NCBI GenBank assembly: GCA_009914755.4
Contig: CP068257.2
Span: 8,928,001-8,992,000, forward strand
DNA from: the human T2T-CHM13v2.0 reference genome, Homo sapiens
Reading direction: 5' to 3'
DNA: 64,000 nt
In this document: one piece after another, positions 44,301 through 58,958 of the stretch
Layout: every line of letters begins with the position of its first letter
How positions within the stretch are numbered: the stretch's first letter is position 1
Position numbers and translations under genes: made by a program
Notes under the pieces: generated by a model
The model's input: the letters and a program-made list of their open reading frames with translations, nothing else
Told to the model about the DNA's origin: nothing
The model's database searches: none

Positions 44301-47300
44301 CCATTGGAGTCCATTCCATTCCAGTCCATTCCATTCGATTCCATTCCATTCCATTCGAATCCATTGCACTCGATTCCTTTCCATTCGATTACTTTCCATT
44401 CAATTGCTTTGCATTTGATTCCATTTCATTCGTGTCCATTACTTTCCAGTCCAATCCTTTCAAGTCCATTTCATTCCAGTCTTCTCCATTTGAATCCATT
44501 CCATTCCAGTCCATTCCATTACAGTCTATTCCTTTCGAGACCATTCCATTCCATTCCAATCGATTCCATTTCATTTGTGTCCATTCCATCTCAGTCCATT
44601 CCATTGCCTTCCATTCCATTCTGTTCTACTCCACTCCACTCCATTCAATTCCATTCCAGTCCATTCCATTCCATTCCACTGAATTCAACTCCATTCCATT
44701 CTATTCCATTCCATTCCATTCCATTGCCTTCCTTTCCACTCCACTTTACTCCACTCCACACTACTCCGTTCAATTCCATTCCTTCCCTTTCCTTTCCATT
44801 CCAATACATTACACTCCACTCCATTGAGTTCCGTTACACCCCATTTCATTCCATTGCATTCCACTCCACTTCACTTCACCGCATTGCATTTGAATCTATT
44901 TGATGCCATTCGATTCCATTCCACTCGATTGCCTTCCATTCAAATCCATTCCAATTGACTCCATTCCATACGATTCCATTCCATTCGAGTCCATTCTATT
45001 CGTGTCCATTTCTTTCCTGTCCATTCCTTTGGATTCCATTCCATTCCACTCCATTCCATTCCATTCCATTCCACTCCACTCCACTCCATTCCATTCCATT
45101 TGATTCTATCCCACTCCACTCCAATCCACTCCACAGCACTCCATTCCATTCCACTCCACTCCATTCCAGTCCACTCCACTCCACTCAACTCCGGTCCATT
45201 CCACTATACTCCACTCCACTCCATTGCACTCCATTACATTGCATTCAGTTACATTCCATTCTGTTCAATTCCACTCCCTTCCATTCCATTCCAATCCATT
45301 CCATTCCATTATAATCCTTTCGAATGATTCCACTCAATTCTATTCCATTGCATTCCATTCCATTCCATTTCACTCCATTCCACTCCACTCCAACCCACAC
45401 TACTCCATTGCATTCCATTCCATTGCATTCCACTCCATTCCACTCCACTCCACTCCTCCCTGTTCCACTCGATTACACTCCACTCCACTCACTCCACTCC
45501 ACTCCACATCACTCCATTCCATTACATTCAATTGCTTTCCACACCACTCCACTTCACACCACTCCACTCCACTCCACTCCATTCCATTCCAGTTCATTCC
45601 ACTCATTGCATTCCATTCCATTCCATTCCGCCCAACTCCACTTCACTCCGGTTTGATCAATTATCTTCTTTCCCATTCCATTCCATTCCATTCTATTCCA
45701 TTGCATTCTATGGCAATCCACTCCATTCCACTCCACTCGATTCCACTCCACTCCATTCCTTTCCTTTCCATTGCATTACACTCCACTCCACTCCATTCAA
45801 TTCCAGTCCTTCCCATTTCGTTCCATTCAACTCCATTCCACTGCACTCCACTCCACCCCTTTCAATTCCATTCCACCCCATTCCATTCCACTCCATTCCA
45901 TTCCTCTCCACTCCATTTAACCACATACCATTAGATTTCTTTTGATGCCATTTTATTCCGTTCTGTTCGATTCCATTGCGTTTGATTCCATTCCATTCTA
46001 CTCCATTTTATTTGATTCAATTCCATTCGATTCCATTCTGTTCAATTCCATTCCTTTGAGTCTATTCTCTTACATTCCATTCTGTTCGATTCCATTCCAT
46101 TCCATTCCATTCCGATGGATTCCATTCCATTCAATTCCATTCTGTTCAATTCCATTGCATTCCCTTGCATTACATTCCTTTTGATTCCATTCGATTCGAT
46201 TCTGTTCTATTCGATTCCATTCCATTTGAGTCCATTCCATTGCAATGCATTCCATTCGAGTCCATTCCTTTCCAGTCCTCTCCACTCCAGTCCATTCCAT
46301 TCGATTATATTCCATTCGATTCGTTTCCATACTATTGCTTACCAATCGATTTTATTCCAATCGATTCCATTTCTTTCAATTCCATTCCTCTCAAGTCCAT
46401 TCCTTTTGAGTCCGTTCCATTCGATTCCATTCCATACTATTGCTTACCATTCGATTTTATTCCAATCGATTCCATTCTTTTCAATTCCATTCCTCTCGAG
46501 TCCATTCCTTTTGAGTCCATTCCATTCGATTCCATTCCATTTGAGTCCCTTCCATTCTAGCCCATTACATTCCAGTCCATTCTGTTACAGTCTACTCCAT
46601 ACAAGTCCATTCCATTCCATTATTTCCATTCCATTCCATTCCATTCCATACCATTCAAAGCCATTCCTTTCGATTCTATTCCAATCGAGTCCCTTCCATT
46701 TGACTCCATTCCCCTTGAGTCCATTGCATTCCATTCCACTCCAATCCACTCCACTCCATTCCATTCCTCTCCACTCCATTCCATTCCATTCTATTACACT
46801 CCACTTCACTACCCTTCACAGCATTCCATTCAATTCATTCAGTGCAATTTGATTCCATTCCATTCGATTCTATTCCAATCGATTCCATTCCATTCAATTC
46901 CTGTCCATTCGATTCCATTCCATTCAATTCCGTTTTGTTCCATTCCACTACATTTGAGTCAATTCCATTCCATTCCAATCCATTCTATTCCATTCCTTTC
47001 AATTCCATTTCATTCGATTCCATTCTCTTTGGGTGCATTCCTTTCCATTCCATTCCATTCCATTCCATGAGTCCATTCCATTCCCTTCCATTCCTTTACA
47101 GTCTATTCCATTCTGCTTCATTCCACTCCATTCCACACCAATCCAGTCCATTCCATTCCCTTCCACTCCATTCAAATACACCCCATTTCACTTCATTCAA
47201 TTCCATTCCACCGCATTCCATTCCAATCCATTCCACCCCACTCTACTTCCCCGCATTCCATTTGATGCCTTTTGATTTCATTCGATTCCATTCTATGACA

Positions 47301-50300
47301 GTGGATTCCATTCCATTTGATTGCATTCCATTCGATTCCATTCTATTAGAGTCCTTCCTTTCAATACTATTCCATTCGAGTACATACCATTCGAGTCCAT
47401 TCCATTGGAGTCCATTCCTTTCCACTCCATTGCATTTAATTCTATTCCATTGTGTTCAATTCCATTCCGTTCGATTGCATTTCATTCCATTCCATTCCAT
47501 TCCATTCCATTCCATTCCATTCCTTTCAATTCCATTCCATTGCATTCCATCCCATCCCATTCCATTCCATTCCATTCGAGTGCATTCCATTCCATTCGAT
47601 TCCATTCCATTCCAATGCATTTCACTCAATTCCACTCCATTACATTTCATTCGATTCCATTCCACTCCATTCCACTCCAATCAATTCAATTCCATTCCAT
47701 TCCACTCCATCCCACTCCACTCCAATTCACTGCATTGCATTTGATACCGTTTGATTCCATTCGATTCCATTCAATGCCATTTGATTCCATTCCGTTAGAT
47801 TCCATTCCATTCGACTCCATTACGTTTGATTCCATTCCTTTCATTTCCATTCCATTCGATTCCATGCCATTCCATACCTTTCCAATCCATTCCATTCCAT
47901 TTCATTTCATTCCGTTCGGTTCGATTGTATTCCGTTCTATTCCATTGTGTTCCAGTCCATTCCATTTTATTCCATCCCATTCCGGTCCCTTCGATTCAAT
48001 TCCATTCTATTTGATTCCATTCCTTTCCATTGCATTCCTTTCGATTCCATTCAATTCAATTCCATTCCCTTCGAGTCCATTACATTCGAGTCCAATCAAT
48101 TCAAATCCATTCTATTCCATTCCATTCCATTCAATATCACTCCATTCTATTCCATTCCATTCCATTTCGTGTGATTCCATTCCATTCGGGTCCCTTCCAT
48201 TTGAGTCCATTCCACTCGAGTCCATTCTGTTCCATTCCTCTCTACTCCACTCCTTTCCATTTCTCTCCATTCCACTCCATTGTATTCCAATCCATTCCAT
48301 TCCATTCCATTCCATTCCATTGCATTCTCTTCAATTCCACTGCATTCCATTCCAATCCCCTCCGCTCCAGTCCAATCCGTTCTATTCCATTCCTTCCAAT
48401 TCCATTACATTCCACTCCATTCCACTCCACTCCACTCCATTCAATTCCATTCCACTCCTTTCCACTCTAATCCAATCTGCTTCACCGCATTCCATTCAAT
48501 ATCATTCAATTCCATTCCATTCAATTTCATTCCATTTGATCCCATTCCATTCGAGTCATTCCATTTGCGTCCATTCCATTTTATTCCATTCTATTCTATT
48601 CCTCTTCATTCTATTCCATTCCATTCCATTTGATTCAATTCCATTTGAATCCATTCAATTTAATTCGATTTCATTCCATTCCATTCCATTGCATTCCAAT
48701 CCATTGCATTCAATTCCATTCTATCCGATTCCATTCCATTCGAGTCCATTCAAGTCAAGTACATTCCCTTTCAGTCCATTCCATTCGAATCCATTCCATT
48801 CCAGTCCATTCCATTCGAGTCCATTCTATTCCATACTATTCCATTCCATTTCATTACATTCTATTCCATTCCATTGTAGTCCATTCCATTAGTCCTTTCG
48901 AATCGAGTCCATTCCACTCGATTCCATTCCATTCGCGTCCATTCTACACGAGTCCATTCCATTCGAGTTTATTCCACTCGAGTCCATTCGATTCCACTCC
49001 ATTCCTTTCCATTCCATTACATTCCACTCCACTCCAATCCATTCCCTTCCCCTCCACTCGTTTCCCTTCCATTGCATTCCATTCCACTCCATTCCTCTGC
49101 ACTCAGTTCAGTTCCATTTTTTCCCATTCCATTTCTTTCCACTGGCTTCCACTCCACTCCACTCCATTCAATTCCATTCAACCCCATTCCATTCCAATCC
49201 ATTCCAGTCAACTCCAATCCAGTTCACCGCATTGTATTCGATTACATTTGATGCCATTCAATTCCATTCCATTTGATTCCATTCCATTCGATCCCATTCT
49301 ATTTGATCCCTTTCCATTCAATCCCATTCCATTCAATTCCATTGCATTCTATTCCATTCCATTTGATTCCATACATTTGAGTCTACTCCATTGGAGTCCA
49401 TTCCATTCCATCACATTCCATTCGAATCCATTCCATTCTTTTCCATTCCATTCGAATCTAGTCCATTCCATTCGAGTCCATTCCATTCCAATTCATTTAT
49501 TTCCAGTCTATTCCTTTTCATTCCATTCAAGTCCGTTCCATTCTAGTCCATTCCACTTGAGTCCAATTCATTTGAGTTCATTCCTTTCCATTCTATTCCA
49601 TTCATCTCCTTTCCATTCGATTCCACTCCGTTCAATTGCTTTCCATTCGATTGCTTTCCACTCGATTCCATTCCATTCGAGTCCATTCGTTTTGAGTCCA
49701 TTGCATTGTAGTCCATTCCATTCGAGTCCATTGCTTTCCTGTCCACTACATTCGAGTCAATTCCATATGAGTCTATTCCATTCCATTTCTTTTCATTCGA
49801 TATCTTTCCATTCCATTCCATTCCAGTCCATTCCTTTCCATTCCATTCGTTTCCATTCCATTCGATTTCATTTCATTTGATTCCCTTCGTTTCCATTCCA
49901 TTCGGTTCCACTCTATTCGATTCCTTTCCATTCGAGTCCATTCCTTTAAATTCCATTCCATTCGAGTCCATTCCATTCCAGATCATTCCAGTACAGTCCG
50001 TTACATTCGAGTCCATTCCATTCGAGTCCATTTCATTCCATTCCATTCCAGTCCAGTCAATTCCCTTCCATTCCACTCCATTCCACTCCACTCCATTCCA
50101 TTCCATTCCACTCCATTCCATTCCATTGCTTTCCACTCAACTCCACTCCATTCCACTCCACTCTACTCCACTCCCTTCATTGCATTCCATTCCCTTCATT
50201 CCACTCCTCTCCACTCCACTCCATTCAATTCCGTTCCTTCCCAATCTATTCCATTCTACTCCATTCCATTCCAATCCCCTCCACTCAGTTCAATTCCAAT

Positions 50301-53300
50301 GCACGCCATTCCATTCCACTCCACTCCATTCCACTTTACCACATTCCATTCAATTCCATTAGATGCCATGCGATTCCATTCCATGCGATTCCTTTCGAGG
50401 CGATCCAATTCCATTTGATTCTATTCCATTCAAATCCATCCCATTCGATTCCTTTCCATTCCATTTCATTGCATTGCATTCCATTCCATTCCATTGCATT
50501 CTATTCAACTCTGCTTCATTCCATTCCACTCAACTTCTTTCCATTCCATTCCATTCCATTCCAATGCATTCCACTTCGTTCCATTCTACTCCACTCCATT
50601 TCATTCCAATCGAATCCATTCCATTCCAATGCATTCCACTTCATTGCATTCTACTCCATTCCATTTCATTCCAATCGAATCCATTCCATTCCATTCCATT
50701 CCATTGCATTTCATTCCATTCCAATCCATTCTATTCCATTCCATTCCATTCCATTCCTCTCCACATCATTCCTTTCCATTCCACTCAAATCCATGCCATT
50801 CCACTCTATTCCACTCTACTCCACTCCTTTCCACTCCACTCCAATCCACTCCACTCCACTATACTCCATTCGGTTTCATTCCTTTCCACTCCATTCCATT
50901 CCATTCCAGTCCATTCCATTCAATTCGAATCCATTCCATTCTAGTCCATTCATTTCAAATACATTCCACTCATTCCATTAAATTCAATTTCATTCCATTA
51001 TACTCCAATACACTCCACTCCACATCACTCCATTCAATTCCATTCATTCACTTTCCGTTTCATTCCACTCCATTCCACTCCACTCCATTCTATTACATTA
51101 CGCCCCATTCCGTTCCAATCCATTCCACTCGACTCCACCGCACTCCATTCAATTCCATTCGATTTCATTTGATTACATTCCACTTGATTGCATTCCATTC
51201 AAATCCATGCCATTTGACTCCATTCTGTTTGATTCCATTCCATTCCAGTCCATTCCATTCGGTTCCATTCCTTTCCACTCCTTTCCATTCCATTCCATTC
51301 CACTTAACTCCACTCCACTCCACTCCCATCCATTCCATTCCACTAAACTCCACTCCACTCCCATCCATTCCATTCTGTCCCACTGCGATCCAGTCCACTC
51401 CATTCGATTCCAGGCCACTCCATTCCTCTCCACTCCAATTCTCTCAACTCTGTTGCATTCCAATCCACTCCACTCCACCCGACTCCACTCCACTCCACTC
51501 CATTCCATTGCATTCCATTGCGTAACACTCCATCCCACTCCAATCCACTCCTCTCCGTAGAATTCCATTCCTTCCCATTCCACTCCATTCCACTTCATTC
51601 TGCTCCACTGTTCTCTACTCTATTCCATTCCATTCTAAACCATTCCATTCGAATCCATTCCTCTCCACTCCACTCCACTTCAAAGCATTCCATTTGATTT
51701 CTTAGGATACCTTTCGATTCCATTCCATTCAATCCATTCCATTTGATTCCATTCCATTTGATTACTTTCCAATGGATTCCGTTCAATTTCTTTCCATTCC
51801 ATTTGATTCCATTCCATTTGAGTCCATTCCATTCGAGTCTATTCCATTCAATTTCATTCCATTACATTCTATTCCATTCCACTCCATTATACTCAACTCC
51901 AATCCACTCCGTTCTCTTCCATTCCTACCCGTTCCATTCCATTACATTCCATTAAACTTCACTCCACTCCAGTCCATTGAGTTCCTTTTCACCCCATTCC
52001 ATTCCTCTCCATTGCAATCCAATGCTCTCCCCTTCACTGCATTCCATTTGATTCCAGTCGCTGCAATTCGATTTCATTCCGTTTGATTCCATTCCATTCG
52101 ATTCCATAGCATTTGATTCTATTCCATTTGAGTCAATGCCATTCGAATCCATTCCATTCCAGTCCATTCAATTCCATTGCATTTCATTCCATTCCACTCC
52201 ACTCCACTCGACTTTACTCCACTCCATTCCTTTCCATTACATTCCATTCCCCTCCACTCCACTCCATTCCAATCTATTCCACTCCACTCCATTCCAATCC
52301 AGTCCACTCCATTCCATTACACTCCACTCCATTCCCCTCCACTTCATTCCATTCCATTCCATTGAACTCGTCTCCACTCCACACCACTCCTCTCCACTCC
52401 TCTCTGTTCAATTCCATTACTTCCCTTTCCATTCCATTCCATTCCTTCCACTCCACTCCACTCTATTCAACTCCATTCCACCTCATTCCATTTCACTCCA
52501 CTCCACTCCACTACACATCATTCCATTCGAATCCGTTCAATGCCATTCGGTTCCATTCCACTCGCTTGCATTCCATTCGAATCCATTCCATTTGACTCCA
52601 TTCTGTAAGATTCCATTTCATTCGAGTCCATTCTATTCAAGTCCATTCCTTTGCAGTCCATTCCATTCGATTACATTCCATTCCACTCTATTCCATTCCA
52701 TTCCATTCCACTCCACTCAGCTGCACTCCATTCCTTTCCATTCCATTCTTTTGCACTCTGCTGCAGTTCATTCCACTCCACTCCAATCCATTCCAGTCCA
52801 CTCCACTCCAATCAACTCCAATCCATTCCACTCCACTCCACTACACTCCATTTTATTTCATTCCTTTACCTTGCATTTCACTCCACTGCACTACACTCCA
52901 CCCCAATCCATTCCATTCCATTCCATTGCATTCAGTTCCCTTCCGTTCCATTGCAATCCCTTCAATTCCATTCCATTCCATTCCATTCCATTCCATTCCA
53001 TTCCATTCCTGTCCAGTCCATTCCACTCCACTCAAATCCACTCCACTCCATTCCACTCCATTCCATTCCCCTCCACTCCATTCCAATCCACTCCACTCCA
53101 CTCCACTCCACTGCACATCACTGCATTCCATTCCATTCAATTGCGTTCCACTCAAATCTTCACTCCACTCCACTCCATTCCTTTAAATTCCATTGCATTC
53201 CACTCCACTCCACTCTGTTCAATTCTATTCCTTCCCATTCCATTCCTTTCCAGTCGATTCCACTCCACTCCACTCCTATCCATTCAATTCCATTCCACCC

Positions 53301-53689
53301 CATTCCATTACACTCTATTCCAATTCACTCAACTTCACCGTATTCCATTCGATTCCACTCAATGCTAATCAATTCCTTTCCATTCCATTCCATTGCATTT
53401 TTTTCCATTCCATTTTATTCCATTCCATTAGATTCTGTCCCATTAGATTGCATTCCAGTTTGATTGCATTCTATTCGAGTGCATTCCATTCCATTCCAGT
53501 CCTTTCCATTCTGTTGCATTCCATTAGGGTCCATTCCATTTGAGTCCATTCCTTTCAATTCCATTCCATTCCATTCCATTTCCTTGGCTTCCATTCCCTT
53601 CCTTTCCATTCCATTTCATTCCACTCCACCCAAATCCACTACGCTATATTCCTTTCGACTCCATTCCACTGCATTCCATTCCTTTCCAT

Positions 53690-54090
53690 TCCATTGCATT
53701 CCATTCCATTCCACTCAACTCCACTTCAGTCCAATTTGTTCAATTCCATTCCTTCCCATTCCATTCTATTCCATTCCTTTACTTTTCATATCATTCCACT
53801 CCTTTCCACTCCATTCCATTCCATTCCATACCATTCCATTCCATTCCATTCCATTCCATTCCATTCAATTCCATTCCATTCCACTCAACTCCACTTCACT
53901 CCAATTTGTTCAATTCCATTCCTTCCCATTCCATTCTATTCCATTCCTTTACTTTTCATATCATTCCACTCCTTTCCACTCCGTTCCGTTCCATTTCATA
54001 CCATTCCATTCCATTCCATTCCACTCAACTCCACTTCACAACAATTTGTTCAATTCCATTCCTTCCCATTCCATTCTATTCCATTAAGTT
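53690..54090 (+). repeat. Sub-repeat of about 140-170 bp x 3 (..CCACTCAACTCCACTTCA(G/C)TCCAATTTGTTCAATTCCATTCCTTCCCATTCCATTCTATTCCATTCCTTTACTTTTCATATCATTCCACTCCTTTCCACTCC..).
   Basis: The landmark CAATTTGTTCAATTCCATTCCTTCCCATTCCATTCTATTCCATT appears at about 53,735, 53,905 and 54,045. It lies inside the longest artefactual ORF (53540..55522, 660 aa), whose translation shows the same triple periodicity. Confidence 0.75.
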
Positions 54091-57000
54091 CCTTTCCATG
54101 TCTTTCCACTCCTATCCACTGCATTCCTTTCCATTGCATTCCATTCCTTTCCATTCAACTGCATTCCCGTTGAATCCTCTCCACTCCGCACAATTCCATT
54201 CCATTCAATTCCATTCCATGCCATTCCACTCAACTCCAATCCACTCAACACCATTCCATTCCATTCTATTCTATTCCATTCCATTCCATTCCATGCCATT
54301 ACACGCCATTCAACTCCACTCCACTCCTCTCCAATCCATTCCATTGCATTACAATCCACTCCAATCCACTCCACTCCTTTCAATTCCATTCCTTCCCATT
54401 CCATTCCATTCGACTCCATTATACTCCACTCTACTCCACCACATTCAATTCCATTCCACTTCATTCCATTCCACTCCATTCCATTCCACTTCACTCCACA
54501 TAACTGCATTCCATTCGATTTCATTCGAAGCCATTTCATTCCATTCCATTCCATTCCCTTCTATTGCATTCTCTTCGATTAAATTCCTTTTGATTCCATT
54601 CCATTCGATTCCATTCCTTTCAATTCCATTCCATTCAATTCCATTTCATTCAATTTCAGTCCATTCAATTCCATTCCATTCTATTCCATTACATTCAATT
54701 CCATTCCTTTCGATTCCATTCCATTCTATTCCATTACATTCAATTCCATTCCTTTCGATTCCATTCCATTCAACTCCATTCAATTCCATTCCATTCCATT
54801 CCATTCAAGTCCATTTCATTCAAGTCCTGTCCATTCCATTCCTCTCCATTCCACTCCACTCCACTCAGTTAAATTCCAATCCTTCCCATTCCATTCCATT
54901 CCACCCCATTCCTCTCCACTCCACTCCATTCAATTCCATTCCAGGACATTCCATTCCATTCCATCCCCCTCCACTCCACTTCACCACATTCCACTCGATC
55001 CCATTCGATGCCTGTCAATTCCCATCCTTTTTATTCTATTCCATTCCATTCCACTGCATTCCATTCCATTCCAGTCCTGTCCATTCTATTCAAGTCCATT
55101 CAATTCCAGCTCATTCCACTCCATTGCATTCACCTCCACTCCACTTCACTGCACTCCTCTCCACTCCATTCCATTGCATTCCAATCCACTCTGTTCAGGT
55201 CCATTCCTTCTCATTCCATTCCATTCCACTCCATTACCTTCCACTCCACTCCATTCTGTTCCATCCCACCCCATTCCATTCCACTCTGTTCAACACCAAT
55301 CCACTCCACTTCTACGAATTCCATTCGATTCCAATCGATTCCTTTCTACTCCATTTGATTCAATTCCATTCAATTCCATTCCATTCGAGTCCATTCCATT
55401 CGAGTGCATTCCATTCCGTTCCATTCCATTCCAGTCCTTTCCATTTTAGTCCGATCCACTCCACTCCATTCCACTCCATTCAGATCTATTCCTTCCCATT
55501 CCATTCCATTTCACTCCACTGAACTCCACTCCACTCCACTCCATTCAATTCCACTCCACCCATTCCATTCCTCTCCATTCCACTCCACTCCACTTCAATG
55601 CATTCAGTTTGATTTCATTCGATGCCGTTCTTTTCCATGCCATTCAATTCCGTTGCATTCGATTCCATTCCATTCAAATCCATTACTTTAGAGTTCATTC
55701 CATTTAAGTACATTCCGTTCGATTCCATTCCATTCCATTCCATTTCATTCCATTCCAATCCAATCCATTTCATTCTATTCCATACGACTCCTTTCCATTC
55801 GAGTTCATTCCATTCCAGTCCATTCCATTCGAGCCATTCCAAAGCTTTCCATTTCATTCCATTGCATTCAATTCCATTACATTCCACTCCAGTCCACTCC
55901 ACTCCATTCCATTCCATTCCACTTCTCTCCCTTCTATTCCACTCCCTTCCACTCGATTCCACTCCTTTCAATTCCATTCCATTGCATTCCATTCAATTCC
56001 TGTCCAGTCCATTCCAGTCCTTTCCATTCCATTGCATTAAATTCCACTACATTCGTCTACACTCCACTTCTTTCCATTGCATTCCACTCTGATTCGTTCC
56101 ATTCCAATCCACTCCACTCCATTCCACTCCACTGCACTAGAATCCACTCCATTGAACTCCACTCCTCTCCACTCCACTCCACTCCATTCCATTCCACTCT
56201 ACTCCGCTATATTCCAATCCATTCCACTTCACTCAAATCCACTCGATTCCACTCCAATCCCCTCCGTTCCACTTCATTCCACTCCGCTCCTGTCCACTCC
56301 AGTCCATTTCATTCCATTCCACTTCTCTCCATTCTATTCCACTCCATTCCACTCGATTCCTCTCCTTTCAATTCCATTCCATTGCATTCCATTCAATTCC
56401 TGTCCAGTCCATTCCAGTCCTTTCCATTCCATTGCATTCAATTCCACTACACTCGTCTACACTCCACTACTTTCCATAGCATTCCACTCCAATCCATTCG
56501 AATCCACTCCACTGCACTAGAATCCACTCCATTGAACTCCACTCCTCTCCACTCCACTCCACTCCATTCCATTCCACTCTACTCCGCTATATTCCAATCC
56601 ATTCCACTTCACTCAAATCCACTCCATTCCACTCCAATCCACTCCGTTCCACTTCATTCCACTCCACTCCAATCCACTCTACTCCAATTCAGTAGATTCC
56701 ATTTCACTCCACTCCACTCCATTCCACTCCAGTCCACTACATTCCAATCCATTCCATTCCACTCCACTCAAATCAACTCCACTCCACACCATTCCATTCC
56801 AATCCGCATCTTTCACTCCACTCCACTCCAGTCCACTCCACTTTATTCCATTAAAATCCACTCCATTGCAATCCACTCCAGTCCACTCCATTTCACTCCA
56901 CTCCACTCCTTTCCACTCCACTCCAAACACTCCTGTTTTAAACTCCATTCCACTCCACTTTATTATATTCCATTCCACTCGATTCCACTCCACTCCACTC

Positions 57001-58902
57001 CTCTCCATTCCACTCCATTTCACTCCACTCCACTCCATTCAATTCCATTCCACCCCATTAAATTCCTCTCCGTTCCATTCCACCCCACTCTACTTGACAG
57101 CATTCCATTCACTTCCATTTGATGCCATTTGATTCCACTCCATTTGATTCCATTCCTTATGAGTCCATTCCATTCACTTCCATTGCATTCCATTCAATTC
57201 CTTTCCACTCCAGTGCATTCTATTCCAATCCACTCCACTCCACTACCCTGCAGTCAACTCCATTTCACTCCACTACATTCCGTTCAATGCCATTCCTTCC
57301 CATTCCTTTACATTTCGCTACATTCCACTCCACTCCACTACACTCCATTCAATTCCATTCCACCCCATTCCATTCCACTCCACTCCACTCTACTCCACTT
57401 CTCCGCGTTCCATTTGATTCTATTTGATGTGATTTGTTTCCATTCTTTTCGATTCCATTCCATTCGATTCCATTTCTTTCTATTCCATTCCATTCCTGTC
57501 CCTTCAATTCGATTCCAGGCCATTCGATTCCATTCATTTCGATTCTATTCCATTCGATTCCATTCCTTTCGATTCCATTCCATTCCCGTCAGTTCAGTTC
57601 GATTCCACTCCTTTCGTTTCCATTCTATTCGAGTCCATTCCATTCCAGTCCATTCTATTAGAGTCCCTTCCATTCGAGTTCATTCCATTCCATTCCATTC
57701 CATTCCAGTCCATGCCTTTTGAGTCAATTCCATTCGATTACATTGCATTCCAGTCCATTCTTTTCGAGTCCATTCCATTCCAGTCCATTCCATTCCATTC
57801 CATTCGAGTCCATTCCTTTTGAGTCAATTCCATTTAAGTACATTACATTCCATTCCATTCTGTTCGAGTCCATTCCATTCCGTTCCATTCCATTCCATTC
57901 AATACCATTCCATTCGATTCCATTACATTTGATTCCATACCTTTCGAGTACATTCCATTCGAGTTCATTCTATTCCATTCCAGTCCATTCCACTCCACTC
58001 CACTCCGTTCAATTCCATTTCTTCCCATTCCATTCCATTCCATTCCACTCCATTCCAATCCAGTCCACTACACTCCATTCATTTACATTCCACTCCATTT
58101 CTTTCCATTCCATTCCACTCCACTCCACTTCACCACATTCCATTTGATTTCATTTGATGCCATTTGATTCCATTCCTTTCGATTATATTCCTTTTGATTG
58201 CATTCCATTCCATTCCATCCCATTCCATTCCATTCCTTTCCACTTCATTCCATTCCATCCATTCAATTCCATTCAATTCCATTCCATTAAATTGCATTCG
58301 ATTACATTCCATTCCATTCAAATCCATTCCGTTCGATTCCATTCCTTCCCATTCAATTTGATTCCAATCCATTCGCGTCCATTCCGTTCGATTCCATGCC
58401 ATTCGTTTCCCTTGCATTCCATTTGATTCTATTGCATTACATTCCATTCTTTTCCATTATGTTCGAGTACATTCCATTCTATTCCATTCCATTATAGTCT
58501 ATTCCATTCCATTCCATTCCATTCCATTCCATTGCATTCCGTTCCACTCCAATCCACTCCATAACATCCCACTCCACTCCATTCCGTTCCACTCCTATCC
58601 ACTCCATTTCACTCCATTCCATTAAATTCCATTCCATTCCATTCCTTTCATTCCATTCCATTCCATTCGTTTCTATTTCGTTCCATTTCATTCCATTCCA
58701 TTTCATTCCATTCCATTCCCTTCCATTCAATTCTGTTCCATTCCATTCGATTCCATTCCATTCCATTCCGTTCCATTCAATTCCATTCCATTACACTCGA
58801 TTCCATTGCAATACATTCCATTTCTTTCCATTCATTTCGTGTCCATTCCATTGCTTCCCGTTCCATTTGATTCCTTTCCATTCGAATCCATTCCATTCAA
58901 TT

Positions 58903-58958
58903 CCATTCCATTAGTTTGATTCTAATGTATTCCATTAGTTTGATTCTAATGTATTCCA
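58903..58958 (+). repeat. Tandem duplication, 26 bp x 2: CATTAGTTTGATTCTAATGTATTC CATTAGTTTGATTCTAATGTATTC.
   Basis: Direct reading. The two copies are perfect or near-perfect and contain atypical G and AT-rich content. Confidence 0.8.

Noticed and set aside
53540-55522. Long ORFs on both strands: 660 aa at 53540..55522(+), 523 aa at 47321..48892(+), 457 aa at 7895..9268(+), 416 aa at 48630..49880(+), 410 aa at 52136..53368(+), and hundreds of 60-350 aa ORFs.
   Set aside because: Translations are strictly periodic low-complexity pentapeptide repeats (HSIPF / HSTPL on +, MEWNG on -) that mirror the 5-bp satellite unit. ORFs overlap in all frames. Long open frames are expected because the + strand is nearly G-free (TAG and TGA are rare) and the - strand is T-poor. 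There is no start context, domain-like complexity or codon-usage signal. So none are coding.
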